From Trichinella spiralis (Eukaryota), in NCBI RefSeq assembly GCF_000181795.1, contig NW_003526948.1:3340014-3404013 (forward strand): a stretch of 64,000 nucleotides of DNA. The letters run 5' to 3'. The notes under the pieces were generated by a model. The model was not told the origin of the DNA and ran no database searches. It worked only from the letters and a program-made list of their open reading frames with translations. Made by a program: the position numbers and the translations under genes. Within the stretch, counting starts at the first letter, position 1. Every line of letters starts with the position of its first letter. Shown one piece after another: positions 1 to 12,780 of this stretch.

Positions 1-49
1 AAAGGATTTTTCTGTCGGGATTTTTTACTTTATATAAGAAATTCATCAT

Positions 50-500
50 ACAGGATGGACCAAATAGGAGAACGCGTCTTATTGACAGCCAAATGGAAAC
101 GTGGTTGAATGAAATTTTCATATAATGTCGCCCAATAGAATGCGACGTCGTGACAGCCGGTGGACCAATGAAATTTGCTTATGATGACAACGAATAGTTG
201 CATATAATGACGACCAATAGAATGCGACGTCGTGACAGCCGGTTGACCAATGAAATTTGCTCATGATGGCAACGAATGGAACGCGTTTAGTGACAGCGAA
301 TACGACGTGGGAGAATGAAATTTGCATATAAACGCGACCAATGGAATGCGACCTAATGCCAGCCGGTGTACCAATGAAATTTGCCTTTGATGACAGCGAA
401 TAAAACGCATCGTAATTACAGCCAATGCGAGAATGAAATTTCCAGTTGTTGAGGGCGAATAGAAAGCATCATAGTGACAGCCAATGGGACATTGGACGAT
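50..500. repeat. Complex CCAAT-rich minisatellite (copy 1)
   Basis: Recurring modules such as GACAGCCGGTGGACCAATGAAATTTGC and GACCAATAGAATGCGACGTCGT; at least 8 CCAAT between 130 and 485. Confidence 0.85.
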
Positions 501-609
501 TTAATTCGCATATTATAAAGTAGGCATAGTCAGCTACTTCTTGAAAATCGTACAGTTGTGTATATTTATACAAGTTTACACGTGTACCATTTGTGATTCG
601 TTCCATAAA

Positions 610-1320
610 CTGATTGACACCTCAAATACTCTTAAAGGCGGAAAGGAGCAGAAACTGACTTCCACCGTATGTCCTCTTCATTAGCTACCAGGATTCGTTG
701 GTTATCACAGATTATATGAATTTCAGAAAATATTTTCCAACTGCTGAATTCTTAGACGAAGTCGTTCAGATAACTATCAGGCTTGTTGACGTAGTCGAGA
801 CGCTGGTGCTCTTTCAGGAGTGTGAAGTGCTAAATTATGTGATCACCACAATGTGTAGTGGTGACGCCCAACTACTCCTGGACAATCAAGTGATACGCAT
901 TTGTAGCAGAATATGAATTTTCTTGCATGCTAGTTCCAGTCAGTCCAGTGGTAGTCATCGGGGACCTGAAAAATAGCTCGTCCATGAGTTAATATGTGGA
1001 GTGGTATGGAGTAGGACATCAGCTCGTTGGTTGCAAACAAAACGCAAGGGACAAAACGTTTTCTAAAATTCTATCATGTTTGTCAGATCCACTGTGTGAG
1101 GTACTGACAAATTCTGTACTGATAAGATGCAGCTGCATCAACGAGACGGTGATGTTTGTAATCGTTGAGTAAGCTGAAAGGCCGCAAAAAGATTACTTCT
1201 ATTATCATTTGTGTTACTCATGTCACGCTGACTGTCTGCCTAAAGAGGGTACCAAACCTAGGTCCACCTTCTGATCACAGGTATGACTGAGAGCGAATGC
1301 CATTGAAATGCTCAAGAATA
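610..1320 (-). mobile_element. Decayed Ty3/gypsy LTR-retrotransposon pol fragment (protease C-terminus, linker, RT N-terminus), copy 1
   Basis: Minus-strand translation across stops and frameshifts gives, in order, KVDLGL..., YKHHRLVDA, THGRAIF, SRSSWASPLHIV, KPDSY, KIFSEIH..ILVANEEDI..SAPFRL*EYLR. These are collinear with gypsy motifs LDLGL, RRLVD, SPWASPLHMV, PDRYP and KIFSKID..IPVAEEDIPKTA..PFGLFE. Confidence 0.75.
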
Positions 1321-3129
1321 GCAAATTACATGCGGCTTTCAACAGAAATTGAAAAATCAGGCTAGTGCTAAGCGATCAAATCAATGAACACAAACGTCAA
1401 GGCTACGTTTGAAAATTTTCATGTTAAGGAAACTGAGAGTAAGAGTGATAAAATATGATCACCTGTCGTTACATTCAAAACTAAATTCAATACTTCACTT
1501 AATTTGCTATATTTGGGCAATTCATTTGAATGTAGATGTGAGTACTTATATAATAGTTGATATTGTAAATGCTTATTGATGTGATTTTACATTAGAGGAT
1601 GCGGAAACTATGTTTGCTGAACGTAATGAAAACTAGCCATCGAATTCCTTCTAATAATTTGTGAAAAAATAATCTTGCAATATTTCATTTCAACAGCATA
1701 TTCAGCGTTCAGCTGCCACTGATATTCAGGTGAGCAAGTGGAGTTCAACAAAAGGCGGCAATTCAACTTGAAAGAAAATCACCAAGAAATCCATAAACAT
1801 TTATATATGAACGATCATTTGAATCATAATAACACAACAGAAATAGAAAAGTATTTAGATAAACGAACATCATGAAATTGTCGTGAATAGCATATCATTG
1901 GGAATTGTTCAACATTTTGTATACAATACTTTGCTGAATTTCATTGAAATCGTAATAACTTTTAGCAGTTAGTAAAGTCTACAATAATGTTTATATACCA
2001 TTGCGCTATTACTTAGAAAAATGAGTTTACATTACTAAAGGCAAGATCATATTATTCCATTTCCGTGAACTTGACCTACTTTTCAAAATGTCATCTTCGT
2101 AGTAATCAGTGTGAAGATCATCAGTCAAGAAATTCGATAAAGTCACCTCTTCAATATCACCGATAGTTAAGCGGTAAGTCATCTTTACTATTGTACTAAC
2201 GTTTTTTGTATGTATCACTACAGGCTATTTTAGTTGCAAATTAATGGATCTCAGTTTCGCTGACTAACCTTCATCTCAGCTTCACAGACTGCATGTATAA
2301 TAACCATTGTATAATCATCTATCTACAATAATGAACATCTCCTTGCGATACGTAGGAACTTAGTTCAAATCTCATTTTAGAAAAAGGGATTTATGAAAGA
2401 AATATTATGTTACAATAAACGTTTAATCTGAAAATCACAAATTTCATTGTACGCTATTTCTAAATGGTTATCACTGATTGCAGTAGCTCAAATAAAACGT
2501 CTGAAGTACATGCAGCCTGTATTAAACAAATGAAAATCAAGTACAAATTCTATCTTATTCTGTTATTTCAAAGAGCATCCTTATTGCGGAAACGATTCGT
2601 TGCGTCGAAGTAAATTTTAATCAAAGCCACTTCTATGCGTGACTATCAAACGCATACATTTTTTGGCCTTACCATTAACATCCAAATTTGGTAACTTATT
2701 TACAGCAAAATCTCAAAAACTACACTACTAGAAATTGTGTGAAAAATGCGGTAATAGATACTGCATTTCCTTTGATTTCCTGTGATTTGATGGAAGTTGC
2801 TTCAAATCGGCAGGAAATGGACATAGAACATCTGATATTTTAACTCTATATTAAATTCATAACTTTGTAATGCACCATTGATATCAATATTCAACGTTGT
2901 TTCACTTTCTCATTGATCAATACCTGGTTGTACTATCGTATGCTTTCCATATCTTTTATTTGCTAATAAACAATCATATGACTCATTACTGTGCTTCACA
3001 TCATTTTCATTATTCAACTAACTTTTCAGTGATATTAAACTTATGGTTCAATGAGTGTATTTTTCCCTTACAACACTCCCTGAATCCCGCTAATGAAAAT
3101 GAACTGTAAATGCAGTCATCGTAAATCGT

Positions 3130-6040
3130 TGACTTCTCAAGAAATTCGATGAAATAACTCGTTAGCGATTGTGATATTTACAGATAAAAGCAACCACACG
3201 TTGGATTAAAATTGCATTTACATATTAGTATTTGGACTAATTCTTATTTGTGTAGTGTATTCAATCAAGGATATACTGTTAACAAAAAAGTGAAACTTTT
3301 TAGATGATGTACACATGTAAATATGTAAACAAAATTCAGGAACAAATATTATTTAAACAAGAACCTGTTTTTGCTCAAAATAATGTGGATTTCTTGATAA
3401 ACTTTGACAAAATCGTTTTCTACTAATATCTTTTCAACTTTTACATTTTATTTTTTTTCATTTCACCATTAAAATCGTATTTTAATCACAGTTTTTCTAC
3501 CACATCTCGAGAAATACACAGTCCATCAACGTGGAACCAAGCTCATTGTTGTTTTCTAATTTTCTCCTACGTTCTCGCACAGTTTTTGGAGAAAAATAGG
3601 ATTTTGGAAAATTTCGAAATTTCGTGGGCTACATAGACTGTGTTGCTTTTGCGTTTTGAATGAAAAATGTTTTTTCACAATTTTGAAATCTTTTGATGGT
3701 TATAATTACATATCAGTGGATTAGAGAGTCTTTCAAAGTCTGATTGAGCAGAATCCCGTACTTGTGGAATAAATTGCATTCAAATTTGACCCTTTGCCTA
3801 TCTTAATACACTGGAAAGTTGCCCATCAGACACTCTTTTTAAACTGAACCAGAGTTTGTGAGATTCAGCTAATGAACAATTCTTGGCATTCTAGTGCTAT
3901 AATCTGTCAAAATACGCATCGTTGGGCAATATATATTAGTTTTCAGCAATCTAACTTTCCGTCATTTTCAGTCCATTTCAATTAAGTTGTCAAAAGTTGT
4001 TTCAAATCTAGCTGAAATGGGAATTATTCGTTCAATATACAAACTTTCTATTAATTTATGATTTTATAATCATCAACTGAAAGGAATTTATAAGGTTAAT
4101 GCTCTTCATCGTCGATTAACACGTAATTGTCTTAATGTATGCCTAGCAAATATTTGCTTTGTTTGAAAAGTAATCATTTCATGGATTACAACGGTGCTCA
4201 TGATTCTTATCATTACATTAGCTACTCATTCATACCAAAGCTGCGGCGATTCTGATTTATTCTAATTTTCAACACTCCTTGAATTCCACATAATAAAATA
4301 AGCCTTAAATATAGTATTTGTTTTGATAATAATTTGTTCGAAATGGAGTTAACATAATTAGACTAACAACTGAGGATGAAACAATATCTCCGTGTACGGA
4401 ATTCTTTCGAAACCGCTCAGATATTAACTTATAAGTTGAAAAACACTAAAAGCATGCTTCCAGTAAATTCGAACGATTTATTTATTGCATGGTTGATTAC
4501 GAACTACAATTTTACGTAAACTATGGGCATATAAATTTTCAATAACATGTAATCGATGATTTTTTCAGAAAATTGATTAATATTTAGTTAGCGACTGTCG
4601 CATTTACAAATATAAACAAGCCCATGTTAGATTAAAATTGCTTTTACATATTATTATTTTGACTATTTCTTATTTCTGTAGCGTATTCAGTCAAGGAAAT
4701 AGCGCTAACAAAAATTTGAAACTTTTTGGATGCTGTAATATGAAAACAAAATTCAGGAACAAATGTTATTTAAACAAGAACCTGTTTTTGCTGAAAATAT
4801 TGTGGATTTCTTGATAAATTTTAACAAAATCATTTTCTACTAAGACGTTTTCAACTTTTATATTTTATTTCTTTTCCTTTCATCACTATTAAATTTATAT
4901 TTTCGTTTCAGTTTTTTTACAATATCTCGAGAAATACGCAGTCGCGGAACTTGGGACCAAGCTCATTGTTGTTTTCTAATTTTTTCCTACATTCTCATAC
5001 TATTTTTGGAGAAAAATAGGTTTTGCGAAAATTTCGAAATTTCGTGGGCTATAGACTTTGCTGTTTTCGCGTTTTGGGTGAAAAATGATTTTTCACAATT
5101 TTAAAATCTTTTTTTTGGTATGGTTGTATATGGATTGATTAGAGAGTTACTGCAAAGTCTGATTGGACACATTCTGATTTTTCTGGAAAAATTGCCTTTA
5201 AAATTGGCACGTTGCCTATCTTAATAGACAGGAAAGTTGCCCATCGTTAACTTACTTTAAACTGAACTGGAGTTTGTGCGATTCAGCTAATGAACCATTC
5301 TTGAGATTTTACTGCTATATTCTGTCAAAATACGCATCCTCGTGCAATACATTTTAGTTTTCAGCAAACCAATTTTCCGCCATTTTCAGCCCATTTCGAT
5401 TAATTGTCGAAAGTTGTTTCAAAACTAGCTAAACTTTGATTTAATCACTCAGTATTAAAACTTTTTAATAATTTATCTGTTTATTATTATCAGATGAAAC
5501 AAATTTCTAGCGCTATTTTATTTAGGCGTGGAATAACACTTGACTGTTTTAACGTATGCTTAGCAAATATTTGCTTTGTTTGAAAAGTAATCATTTCATG
5601 GATTACAATGCTGTTCATGATTCTTATTATTACATTAGCTTCTGTTTGATACCGAACCTGCGGCTGTTTTGATTTATTCTCGTTTTGATAATAATTAGTT
5701 CGAAATGGAATGAACATAATTAGACTAACAACTGAAGATGAAACAATATCTCCGTGCACAGAATTGTTTCGAAATCGCTCACATATTAACTTATAAATTC
5801 AAAAACACTAAAAGCATGCTTCCAGTAAATTCGAACGATTTATTTATTGCATGGTTGATTACGAACTACAATTTTACGTAAACTATGGGCATATAAATTT
5901 TCAATAACATGTAATCGATGATTTTTTCAGAAAATTGATTAATATTTAGTTAGCGACTGTCGCATTTACAAATAAAAACAACCCCATGTTGGATTAAAAT
6001 TGCTTTTACATATTATTATTTTGACTATTTCTTATTTGTG
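3130..6040. repeat. ~1.4 kb diverged sub-repeat (two copies plus the start of a third) inside the large unit
   Basis: Anchor AACAAGAACCTGTTTTTGCT at ~3356 and ~4773; GATTAAAATTGC at ~3204, ~4630 and ~5992; ~4320-4680 is nearly identical to ~5680-6040. Confidence 0.9.
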
Positions 6041-6050
6041 NNNNNNNNNN
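6041..6050. other. Assembly gap (10 N)
   Basis: Run of n. Confidence 1.
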
Positions 6051-9000
6051 CCAATGAAATTTGCTTATGATGACAACGAATAGTTGCATATAATGACGAC
6101 CAATAGAATGCGACGTCGTGACAGCCCGTGGACCAATGAAATTTGCTCATGATGGCAACGAATGGAACGCGTTTAGTGACAGCGAATACGACGTGGGAGA
6201 ATGAAATTTGCATATAAACGCGACCAATGGAATGCGACCTAATGCCAGCCGGTGTACCAATGAAATTTGCCTTTGATGACAGCGAATAAAACGCATCATA
6301 GTTACAGCCAATGAGACACTGAAATTTTTAGTTGATGACGGCGAATAAAAAGCATCATAGTGACAGCCAATGGGACATTGGATGATTTAATTCGCATATT
6401 ATAAAGTAGGCATAGTTAGCTACTTCTTGAAAATCGTACAGTTGTGTATATTTATACAAGTTTACACGTGCATCATTTGTGATTTGTTCCAGAAACTGAT
6501 TGACACCTCAAATACTCTTAAAGGGGGAAAGGAGCAGAAACTGACTTCCACCGTATGTCCTCTTCATTAGCTACCAGGATTCGTTGGTTATCACAGGTTA
6601 TATGAATTTCAGAAAATATTTTCCAACTGCTGAATTCTTAGACGAAGTCGTTCAGAAAACTATCAGGCTTGTTCACGTTGTCGAGACGCTGATGCTCTTT
6701 AAGGAGTGCGAAGTGCTAAATAATGTGATCACCACAGTGTGTAGTGGTGACGCCCAACTACTCCTGGACAATCAAGTGATACGCATTTGTAGCAGAATAT
6801 GAATTTTCTTGCATGCTAGTTCCAGTCAGTCCAGTGGTAGTCATCGGGGACCTGAAAAATAGCTCGTCCATGAGTTAATATGTGGAGTGGTATGGAGTGG
6901 GACATCAGCTCGTTGGTTGCAAACAAACCGCAAGGGACAAAACGTTTTCTAAAATTATATCATGTTTGTCACATGCAGCTGCATCAACGAGATTGTGATG
7001 TTTGTGATCGTTGAGTAAGCTGAAAGGCCGCAAACAGACTACTTCTATCATCATATGTGTTACTCATGTCACGCTGACTGTCTGCCTAAAGGGGGTACCA
7101 AACCTAGGGCCACCGTCTGATCACAGGTATGACTGAGAGCCAATGCAATTGAAATGCTCAAGAATAGCAAATTACATGCGGCTTTCAACAGAAATTGAAA
7201 AATCAGGCTAGTGCTAAGCTATCAAATCAATGAACACAAACGTCAAGGCTACGTTTGAAAATTTTCATGTTAAGGAAACTGAGAGTAAGAGTGATAAAAT
7301 ATGATCACCTGTCGTTACATTCAAAACTAAATTCAATACTTCACTTAATTTGCTATATTTGGGCAATTCATTTGAATGTAGATGTGAGTACTGATATAAT
7401 AGTTGATATTGTAAATGCTTATTGACGTGATTTTACATTAGAGGATGCGGAAACTATGTTTGCTGAACGTAATGAAAACTAGCCATCGAATTCCTTCTAA
7501 TACTTTGCGAAAAAATAATCTTGCAATATTTCATTTCAACAGCATATTCAGCGTTCAGCTGCCACTGATATTCAGGTGAGCAAGTTGAGTTCAACAAAAG
7601 GCGGCAATTCAACTTGAAAGAAAATCACCAAGAAATCCATAAACATTTATATATGAACGATCATTTGAATCATAATAACACAACAGAAATAGAAAAGTAT
7701 TTAGATAAACGAACATCATGAAATTGTCGTGAATAGCATATCATTGGGAATTGTTCAACATTCTATATACAATACTTTGCTGAATTTCATTGAAATCGTA
7801 ATAACTTTTAGCAGTTAGTAAAGTCTACAATAATGTTTATATACCATTGCGCTATTACTTAGAAAAATGAATTTACATTACTAAAGGCAAGATCATATTA
7901 TTCCATTTCCATAAGCTTGACCTACTTTTCAAAATGTCATCTTCATAGTAATCTATGTGAAGATCATCAGTCAAGAAATTCGATAAACTCACCTCTCCAA
8001 TATCACTGATAATTAAGCGGTAAGTCATCTTTACTATTGTACTAACGTTTTTTGTATGTATCACTACAGGCTATTTTAGTTGCAAATTAATGGATCTCAG
8101 TTTCGCTGACTAACCTTCATCTCAGCTTCACAGACTGCATGTATAATAACCATTGTATAATCATCTATCTACAATAATGAACATCTCCTTGCGATACGTA
8201 GGAACTTAGTTCAAATCTCATTTTAGAAAAAGGGATTTATGAAAGAAATATTATGTTACAATAAACGTTTAATCTGAAAATCACAAATTTCATTGTACGC
8301 TATTTCTAAATGGTTATCACTGATTGCAGTAGCTCAAATAAAACGTCTGAAGTACATGCAGCCTGTATTAAACAAATGAAAATCAAGTACAAATTCTATC
8401 TTATTCTGTTATTTCAAAGAGCATCCTTATTGCGGAAACGATTCGTTGCGTCGAAGTAAATTTTAATCAAAGCCACTTCTATGCGTGACTATCAAACGCA
8501 TACATTTTTTGGCCTTACCATTAACATCCAAATTTGGTAACTTATTTACAGCAAAATCTCAAAAACTACACTACTAGAAATTGTGTGAAAAATGCGGTAA
8601 TAGATACTGCATTTCCTTTGATTTCCTGTGATTTGATGGAAGTTGCTTCAAATCGGCAGGAAATGGACATAGAACATCTGATATTTTAACTCTATATTAA
8701 TTCATAACTTTGTAATGCACCATTGATATCAATATTCAACGTTGTTTCACTTTCTCATTGATCAATACCTGGTTGTACTATCGTATGCTTTCCATATCTT
8801 TTATTTGCTAATAAACAATCATATGACTCATTACTGTGCTTCACATCATTTTCATTATTCAACTAACTTTTCAGTGATATTAAACTTATGGTTCAATGAG
8901 TGTATTTTTCCCTTACAACACTCCCTGAATCCCGCTAATGAAAATGAACTGTAAATGCAGTCATCGTAAATCGTTGACTTCTCAAGAAATTCGATGAAAT

Positions 9001-9770
9001 AACTCGTTAGCGATTGTGATATTTACAGATAAAAGCAACAACACGTTGGATTAAAATTGCATTTACATATTAGTATTTGGACTAATTCTTATTTGTGTAG
9101 TGTATTCAATCAAGGATATACTGTTAACAAAAAAGTGAAACTTTTTAGATGATGTACACATGTAAATATGTAAACAAAATTCAGGAACAAATATTATTTA
9201 AACAAGAACCTGTTTTTGCTCAAAATAATGTGCATTTCTTGATAAACTTTGACAAAATCGTTTTCTACTAATATCTTTTCAACTTTTACATTTTATTTTT
9301 TTTCATTTCACCATTAAAATCGTATTTTAATCTCAGTTTTTCTACCACATCTCGAGAAATACGCAGTCCATCAACGTGGAACCAAGCTCATTGTTGTTTT
9401 CTAATTTTCTCCTACGTTCTCGCACAGTTTTTGGAGAAAAATAGGATTTTGGAAAATTTCGAAATTTCGTGGGCTACATAGACTGTGTTGCTTTTGCGTT
9501 TTGAATGAAAAATGTTTTTTCACAATTTTGAAATCTTTTGATGGTTATAATTACATATCAGTGGATTAGAGAGTCTTTCAAAGTCTGATTGAGCAGAATC
9601 CCGTACTTGTGGAATAAATTGCATTCAAATTTGACACTTTGCCTATCTTAATACACTGGAAAGTTGCCCATCAGACACTCTTTTTAAACTGAACCAGAGT
9701 TTGTGAGATTCAGCTAATGAACAATTCTTGGCATTCTAGTGCTATAATCTGTCAAAATACGCATCGTTGG
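6051..9770. repeat. Large repeat unit, copy 2 (bounded by gaps)
   Basis: Near-identical to ~165-3925, including the minisatellite (6051-6385) and the first sub-repeat. Confidence 0.95.
6496..7166 (-). mobile_element. Decayed Ty3/gypsy pol fragment, copy 2
   Basis: Paralogue of 610-1320 with the same WASPLH-type motif region. Confidence 0.72.
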
Positions 9771-9780
9771 NNNNNNNNNN
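9771..9780. other. Assembly gap (10 N)
   Basis: Run of n. Confidence 1.
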
Positions 9781-10966
9781 GTGGTGGATTCTTGTATCAT
9801 TTACGTTGCGTGGAAATAAGGACATGTCTCATGTACCTGATGCTAGTTTGGACTGTATGCTTCTTATATATTGACCCCTCACCCTTTGCCTATGAATATG
9901 GATGCCTGTTCTATGTCAAGTCTGGCGGAAGCTAAGTTCCTGTTAAAAGCCCCCACAATGACAAAATTGGGGCAAACTACAGCACTGCCCGCTTTTAAGG
10001 GAATGCCAATTTTCCCTGACGCGCTGGCCTTACTGGAGGCTTCGAAAATATTGACACCTCTACAGCCCACGGCTCTCCTGGAAGTGTTTCATCTTCCGAA
10101 TCTGGCGGAAGCTTAGGCTCTATTAAAAGCATCCAAACTTCGAAACTTGCCGAAGCTACAGCGTTGCCTGAAAATATGGACATCACACGACAGGCGGAGG
10201 CGACGGCCTTACTGGAGGCTTCGAGAATACTGAAACTTCAAGAAGCAACGGCTTTTATGGATGCCTCGAATATCTCGAAGCTGGCCGAAGCAACGGCTCT
10301 ACTAGAAGCTTCTAAAATCTCGAAACTTGCGGAAGCTACGGCGATGCCTGAAACTATGGACATGTCTAAAAAAGCTGAGGCTACGGCTTTACTGGAGGCT
10401 TCTAAAATGTTGAAACTTCAGGAGACAACAGCTGTTATGGATGCTTCGAAAATTTCAAAGCTGGCCGAAGCCACGGCTCTCTTAAAAGCATCGAAAATCT
10501 CGACACTGCTTGAAAGCGACGGCTTTGTCAACCCCCCCTGGATGAGACAAAGCAAGCGGAGGCGACGGCTTTAATGGAAGAATCGAAAATGTTCAAACTG
10601 CAAGAAGCGACAGCTCTAATAGAAGCCTCTAAAATATCGAAACTAGCGGAAGCGACGGCTTTGTCAGGAAATATGGATGTGACAAAGCAAGCGGAGGCGG
10701 CGGCTTTGTCAACAAATGTGAAGCCGATAGAAAGAAGTAAGGCAAAGACTCCTGAAAAAGATTCGAAAACGAGCGCTTCAAAACAACCTCGAACTACTGG
10801 TTCGTCTATGAGTGAATCGATGTCCGGAACCGAAATGTCGACGGTTTCTAGAACAAGTACAGAAAATTCAGAAGATTTTACATTCAATCCGAGCATTGCA
10901 ATGATGGAAGACTTCCCCGCAAAGCCCAAGGAGAAGAAAGATCCCCCAGGTCACAACAAGAAATAA
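9781..10966 (+). CDS. 5'-truncated tandem-repeat protein (15-aa repeats, EATALLEASKISKLA) with Ser/Thr/Lys-rich tail; interrupted by a stop and frameshifts (pseudogene or sequencing errors)
   Basis: Three consecutive ORFs (9871-10116, 10164-10574, 10574-10966) carry the same repeat, with synonymous codon variation between units. TAG at 10114-10116; shifts near 10140, 10513 and the C7 run at 10532. AATAAA downstream at ~11339. Confidence 0.7.
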
Positions 10967-10974
10967 AATCTTGT

Positions 10975-11300
10975 GGTGATTTTGTTTATTTAGTTACTGA
11001 TCGGTGTGCAATTCACCAATTTTAATTAATTTCAATTTAAAAATCATTCTATTTTTGCATAGTAATTATATATATTTATATATATTTGTTTTCAAAATTT
11101 TAGTACTCACCTGTATGATGACCTGTGTAGTTCATTTATCATTTATGATTATCATTTAGTTACTGATCGGTGATATGATTCACCTATTTTCATTAATTTG
11201 AAGTTAACACCTATTGTATTTTTTCATCATAATTATACGTTGTTGTTTTTAAAATTTCATGATTCACCTGAATGAACTGTGTAGTTTATTTATTATTCAT
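10975..11300. repeat. ~167-bp tandem duplication in the putative 3' UTR
   Basis: ATTTAGTTACTGATCGGTG at ~10987 and ~11155; CACCTG..TGA..CTGTGTAGTT at ~11108 and ~11265. Confidence 0.8.
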
Positions 11301-12780
11301 CTTCACTGTTATGTTTCATTCAAATGAAATTATTTTAAAATAAACATTTAATCATTATTGAAGTTGTTCGTTTATTCAAGTACTGCTAAAACAAAAAAAA
11401 TGCGTTCTTAAGTTCTAAACTGGTGCATTTGGATAAGCAATTCGGCAACACAGAGCCCAACTAACTATTCATAATCTAGTGCATTCATTGTCTGTACTAT
11501 TTTGCATAATTTCCTAACCTAAGCTGAGGCTAACTTTTCTCATTATGAGTATCAATCACACTGCGCAGCGATTTTCAATGTGAATATTAAGCAAGCAATA
11601 AACGAAACACTTTCAAATGGCGTGAGCACTTTAGCCTACTGTAAATGAGATGGAATGGCAAACTTTCCGGTGAAACAAAAGAATCTTTGCCACAACAAAT
11701 TAGTATAATTCTTATTTGTATTTTAATAAAGAAAAAATTGTTTAATACTTAAGCAAGCTCAGCCAGTTCATGCATATTAACTTTCTCAGTATGAAAGAGG
11801 TAAAATGAAAATGCTTTTGGAAAGTTTCATTTTCAATAAACTTGCTTTGCTTGTTGAAAATGTAAAACGACGACACTACAATTGATTCAAATTAAAAAAT
11901 GAAACATAAAGTTGTTCAAAATTATTTCCTATTTCAGGTGTAGAATAAAAGGGAACATTGTAGTTGAAAATTCCAAAGACACCCACCATTCGGTGAAGAA
12001 AACTTTGAATTTAATAACAAACAACAAAGCACCAACTCTAATTTTGCTTTCAATGCATATCGGTATCCAATTTACAATCACAGATTAGAATAGAAATGGA
12101 AAATAAATTTTATTAATTTAAATTCAATAAGTAATTTGTAAATGTAAAATTTCTTCTTATCAGTCAACAACAAGTTTCCTTCGTTGACTGTTCGAAAAAG
12201 CAACCAAGAAATCAATTGATTTCAAAACGTTTCTGTTGTAAAATATATCAAAAGAAATAATAATTTGATCGCTATTTGGTGATATAAAACGTGCAATGTA
12301 AGGCATCGAACTACGATGAACAAATTGACCAATCAATAAACAAGGTACGCTTAAAAAAAGCAAGTTCATCCAATATGTTTGCAACTGTTCAAAAGGCATG
12401 ACTTGCCAACCAGGCACGGCAAGGCATAAAAACAGCAACCAAACAAAAAACAATATCAAGAGGTATTTTTCAAAATCAAGTAAAAAAAAGGAATAAAACC
12501 ATGCTTTAGCGATTATGCATAATAAAACAGAATTTTCGCTAAAGCTGGAATAATAAAAGAATTGCAAACCCATCAATAACACACATAAATGAATACATAC
12601 ATTGTGATATATAGCATTGTAATTAATGAGCATTGAAAAGAAAACGATATAATAGTATAATTGAAAAGTGATAATAATGCAAATTACTGTATAATAAAAC
12701 TGCAGGCCATTCTTTATCAAATGTCAACATCGGTTCTTAATTTTAATTCTAATCAACTGCTCTTATTATTATTACTATTA

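Larger units (their letters stand above)
165..6040. repeat. ~5.85-5.89 kb tandem/segmental repeat unit, copy 1
   Basis: Sequence from 165 recurs at 6051 (offset 5886). The offset becomes 5846/5845 after a 40-bp indel near 1086. ORF pairs 698/6584, 2027/7873 and 2897/8742 are paralogous. Confidence 0.95.

Noticed and set aside
50..500. CRISPR-like repeat/spacer appearance
   Set aside because: The spacers are themselves repeats, the context is eukaryotic and there are no cas genes.
698..916. Duplicated 72-aa + strand ORF (also 6584-6802)
   Set aside because: It is the antisense of the gypsy RT relic, and the copy differences are largely non-synonymous.
12160..12720. 186-aa hydrophobic minus-strand ORF
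   Set aside because: F/L/I/Y-rich translation of T-rich DNA downstream of the GSKIP stop; probably 3' UTR.
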